Assembly: GCF_006345805.1 (NCBI RefSeq)
Contig: NC_043006.1
Span: forward strand, 1,612,001-1,676,000
DNA from: Octopus sinensis
Lineage: Eukaryota
Direction of reading: 5' to 3'
DNA: 64,000 nt
Shown here: positions 61,599 through 64,000 of the stretch, piece by piece
Position numbering within the stretch: position 1 is the stretch's first letter
Layout: every line of letters begins with the position of its first letter
Position numbers and translations under genes: made by a program
The notes under the pieces: generated by a model
What the model saw: only the letters and a program-made list of their open reading frames with translations
What the model was told of the DNA's origin: nothing
The model's database searches: none

Positions 61599-61893
61599 AG
61601 AGTGATGAAAATCAAGCATCCAGTCAATTTCAAGGTGTTTGGAGTGATCACAAGTGATGGCAACATTATGCCTCCATTCATCTTTCCACATGGCCTCAGA
61701 CTCAACACAGAGGCCTACATCAAGTGGCTGGAGGAGGTAGTGCTCCCCTGGTCAAGTGAGTGGGTGCTGGAAGACCCTGTGTCTGGCAACAGGTCTCTGT
61801 ACCATGCCACACAAGCAGCAGAACCCAGTCATGACTGTCAGACAATTTCTGCGACCACATCACCCCTAACACCTGGCCACCCAACTTCCCACT
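61599..61893 (+). pseudogene. Tc1/mariner-superfamily (maT/DD37D-like) transposase relic
   Basis: RVMKIKHPVNFKVFGVITSDGNIMPPFIFPHGLRLNTEAYIKWLEEVVLPW..VWQQVSVPCHTS..DNFCDHITPNTWPPN(SP), frameshifted. Confidence 0.85.
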
Positions 61894-62087
61894 CTGCAAT
61901 GGCAATTTTATTGAATAAATTTACTCTTTAGTATTTCAAGATATTTTTATGTCATTTTGTAAATCTATCTCTTAAAATGAGGTGTCAGTGTTACCTTTTT
62001 TTTTGCGTAACTTTGACAACAGTTTATTCACCACACCCCCCCTCTCTCTCTGTCTCTCTTTATATATATATATATATATATATATAT

Positions 62088-62426
62088 CTGCCAGCCTCGT
62101 CTGGCACCTGTGTCGGTGGCACATAAAAAACACCATCCGAGCGTGGCCGTCTGCCAGCCTCGTCTGGCACCTGTGTCAGTGGCACATAAAAAACACCATC
62201 CAAGCGTGACCGTCTGCCAGCCTCGTCTGGCACCTGTGTCAGTGGCACATAAAATCACCCACTACACTCTCGGAGTGGTTGGCGTTAGGAAGGGCATCCA
62301 GCTGTAGAAACACTGCCAGATCTGACTGGCCTGGTGCAGCCTTCGGGCTTGCCAGACCCCAGTTGAACCGTCCAACCCATGCTAGCATGGAAAGCGGACG
62401 TTAAACGATGATGATGATGATGATGA
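62088..62426 (+). mobile_element. RTE 3' tail with a 61-bp tandem subrepeat
   Basis: ctgccagcctcgtctggcacctgtgtc.gtggcacataaaa occurs three times, then ccatgctagcatgg and (GAT)n. Confidence 0.85.
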
Positions 62427-62435
62427 TACTTATAT

Positions 62436-62482
<47 letters not shown>

Positions 62483-62716
62483 TTATATATGTGTGTGTGT
62501 GTGCATGGTTGTGTTGTAAGCACCTTGGGCAAGTGTCTTCTACTATAGCCTTGGACCAATCAAATCCTTATGAGTAGATTTGGCAGACGGAAGCTGAAAG
62601 AGGCCTGTTGTGTGTGTGTGTGTGTGTGTGTGTGCGTGCGCACGCTTGTGTGTGTGTGTGCGCACGCTTGTGTGTGTGTGTAAATGAATACAACATAAAT
62701 ATAAATATATATATGT

Positions 62717-64000
62717 ATGTATATATTGTCGTCTTTTTTCTCTTTCCCTGTTGCCCGCTCTGGGATCTTTCTTTCCTCTCTCTTCCTTCTTTATGTTTCC
62801 GACGAAGAGCTCCGCTCGAAACGTCATACCTCCCTGCTTCCATCTCCTGAGCGCCTATTAATAATAATACTGTAATTGTTCCTGTTGTTGTTGTTTTTTT
62901 GTTTCCCTTTTGGATTAAAATTATACCACTGCGCGCCTACACGGACCCCTGTACCTTGGATACCAACTCTCGGATTTTTTGCACCTACGGATTATTGTTA
63001 CCATTCTTCCTGACCTACGGATCACCTGCAACTTTCTTCCGGAGTACCGCTTACCGTGATGTAAAATCATTACTTAATCTGTCCGTTGACTCTCAAATCT
63101 CTTTCCTGACTTTTTTCAACTTTTTTCTATTGTTTTCAAACTGTCTTCACCCTTTTTCTTCTTTCGTTTTTTCCTGTTGTTCTCTTCGTTGTCTCTCCTT
63201 TTTCCTGCTTCGCCACCACCCACCTTTACCTGGTTGCCACCACCTCTCATCATGCCTGACTTGCACTCGTTCGTCCAACACCTTCAATCCCTCCTCAGCC
63301 GCTACCTCGCGTTTCTTCCCCCCACAATGTTCCGCACCTGCTATAAAACTTTCCCGCTTGCTTTTTAAGAAAACCCGCCACTCTAGTCATCTTTCCTTTC
63401 TTAGCCGGTGCCTCCGCCATCATGTCACACCCCGCGGTTTCCTCTTGAAGTTCCACGCTACCCCCTATTCCTCCCCCTTCATCGAACCCACCCTCGCTCG
63501 GACCTCCCGCTCCCTCCTCCGCGCCACCATCCGCTCCACCCGCCCCCTCCTTGACTCCTCGACCATCAACTTCCCCAGGCCTACCTCCTTCTCTCCGCCC
63601 TCTGCCCTCCACTCTTCACCCAACCTATCCTCCGCTTCATTCTTAATCTCAACCACCAACTCTACAACCACCTCACACACAAAAAACAAAAAACTCCACC
63701 TCCTCCTCAACCCGTCACCCCCTTCCCCATCCCACCCCCCACTGTTCCCCCCCTCCTTCGCACCTACCCCACCCTTCCACGGACCCCACCCCCACCGTGA
63801 CCTTCCTACGCCTAACCCATCTTCACCCAACCACCCCTACCCTCCCCTTCACACCCCTGCACCCCCTCCGCCTGCCCCTAGTCTTCCCACCACCCCGCTT
63901 CCTCGCGCTGTTGTCACTATACCCCCCCACCTCCCCCTCTCCGCCGCTGAGCGCTCCCTCCTCAGTAAAGGTCTCCGCTTCACGCCACTCACGCGCCACT
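62717..64000 (+). mobile_element. Penelope-like element (Neptune-like), 5' pLTR and ORF N-terminus, running off the window
   Basis: Hammerhead-like CCGACGA-A-GAGC-tcc-GCTC-GAAA-CGTC at 62799-62825. ORF from ATG 63252 with frameshifts: ..SSHLSFLSRCLRHHVTPRGFLLKF..ILRFILNLNHQLYNHLTHKK.. and VVTIPPHLPLSAAERSLLSKGLRFTP. Confidence 0.85.

Noticed and set aside
63295-63830. Gly/Glu-rich minus-strand ORFs
   Set aside because: They are the antisense of the C-rich Penelope ORF.

Overview
This is AT-rich, repeat-saturated eukaryotic DNA. The SINE, RTE and Penelope repertoire points to an octopus (Octopus sp.), which is an inference. It holds no operon, CRISPR array, rRNA or true tRNA gene, and almost all long ORFs in the track are microsatellite artefacts. 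Host coding content is small: the last exon of a GPI-anchored Ly6/uPAR (three-finger, quiver-like) gene at 76-368 (+), and a predicted minus-strand gene spanning about 47 kb (exons near 57.2, 39.2, 39.0, 18.5 and 10.2 kb, about 124 aa, faint C-type-lectin-like pattern, possible 7-nt microexon). Retroelements include three RTE LINE fragments with a PHD finger inside the RT and many RTE 3' tails, two R4/Dong RLE LINEs, Penelope-like elements (a GIY-YIG fragment and the 5' end of a Neptune-like copy) and three tRNA-derived SINE families. DNA elements include Merlin and maT transposase relics and Merlin, hAT, piggyBac-like and Helentron-type non-autonomous elements. A 5.4-kb (AAT)n array lies at 32.4-37.8 kb. 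The most notable signals are an intact-consensus type I hammerhead ribozyme at 9494-9576 (-) plus several variant hammerheads in Penelope-LTR-like short elements, the giant (AAT)n array lying between two convergent retroelement tails (one of them 5'-inverted), a perfect 96-bp palindrome, and a Merlin MITE with a perfect 8-bp TSD.
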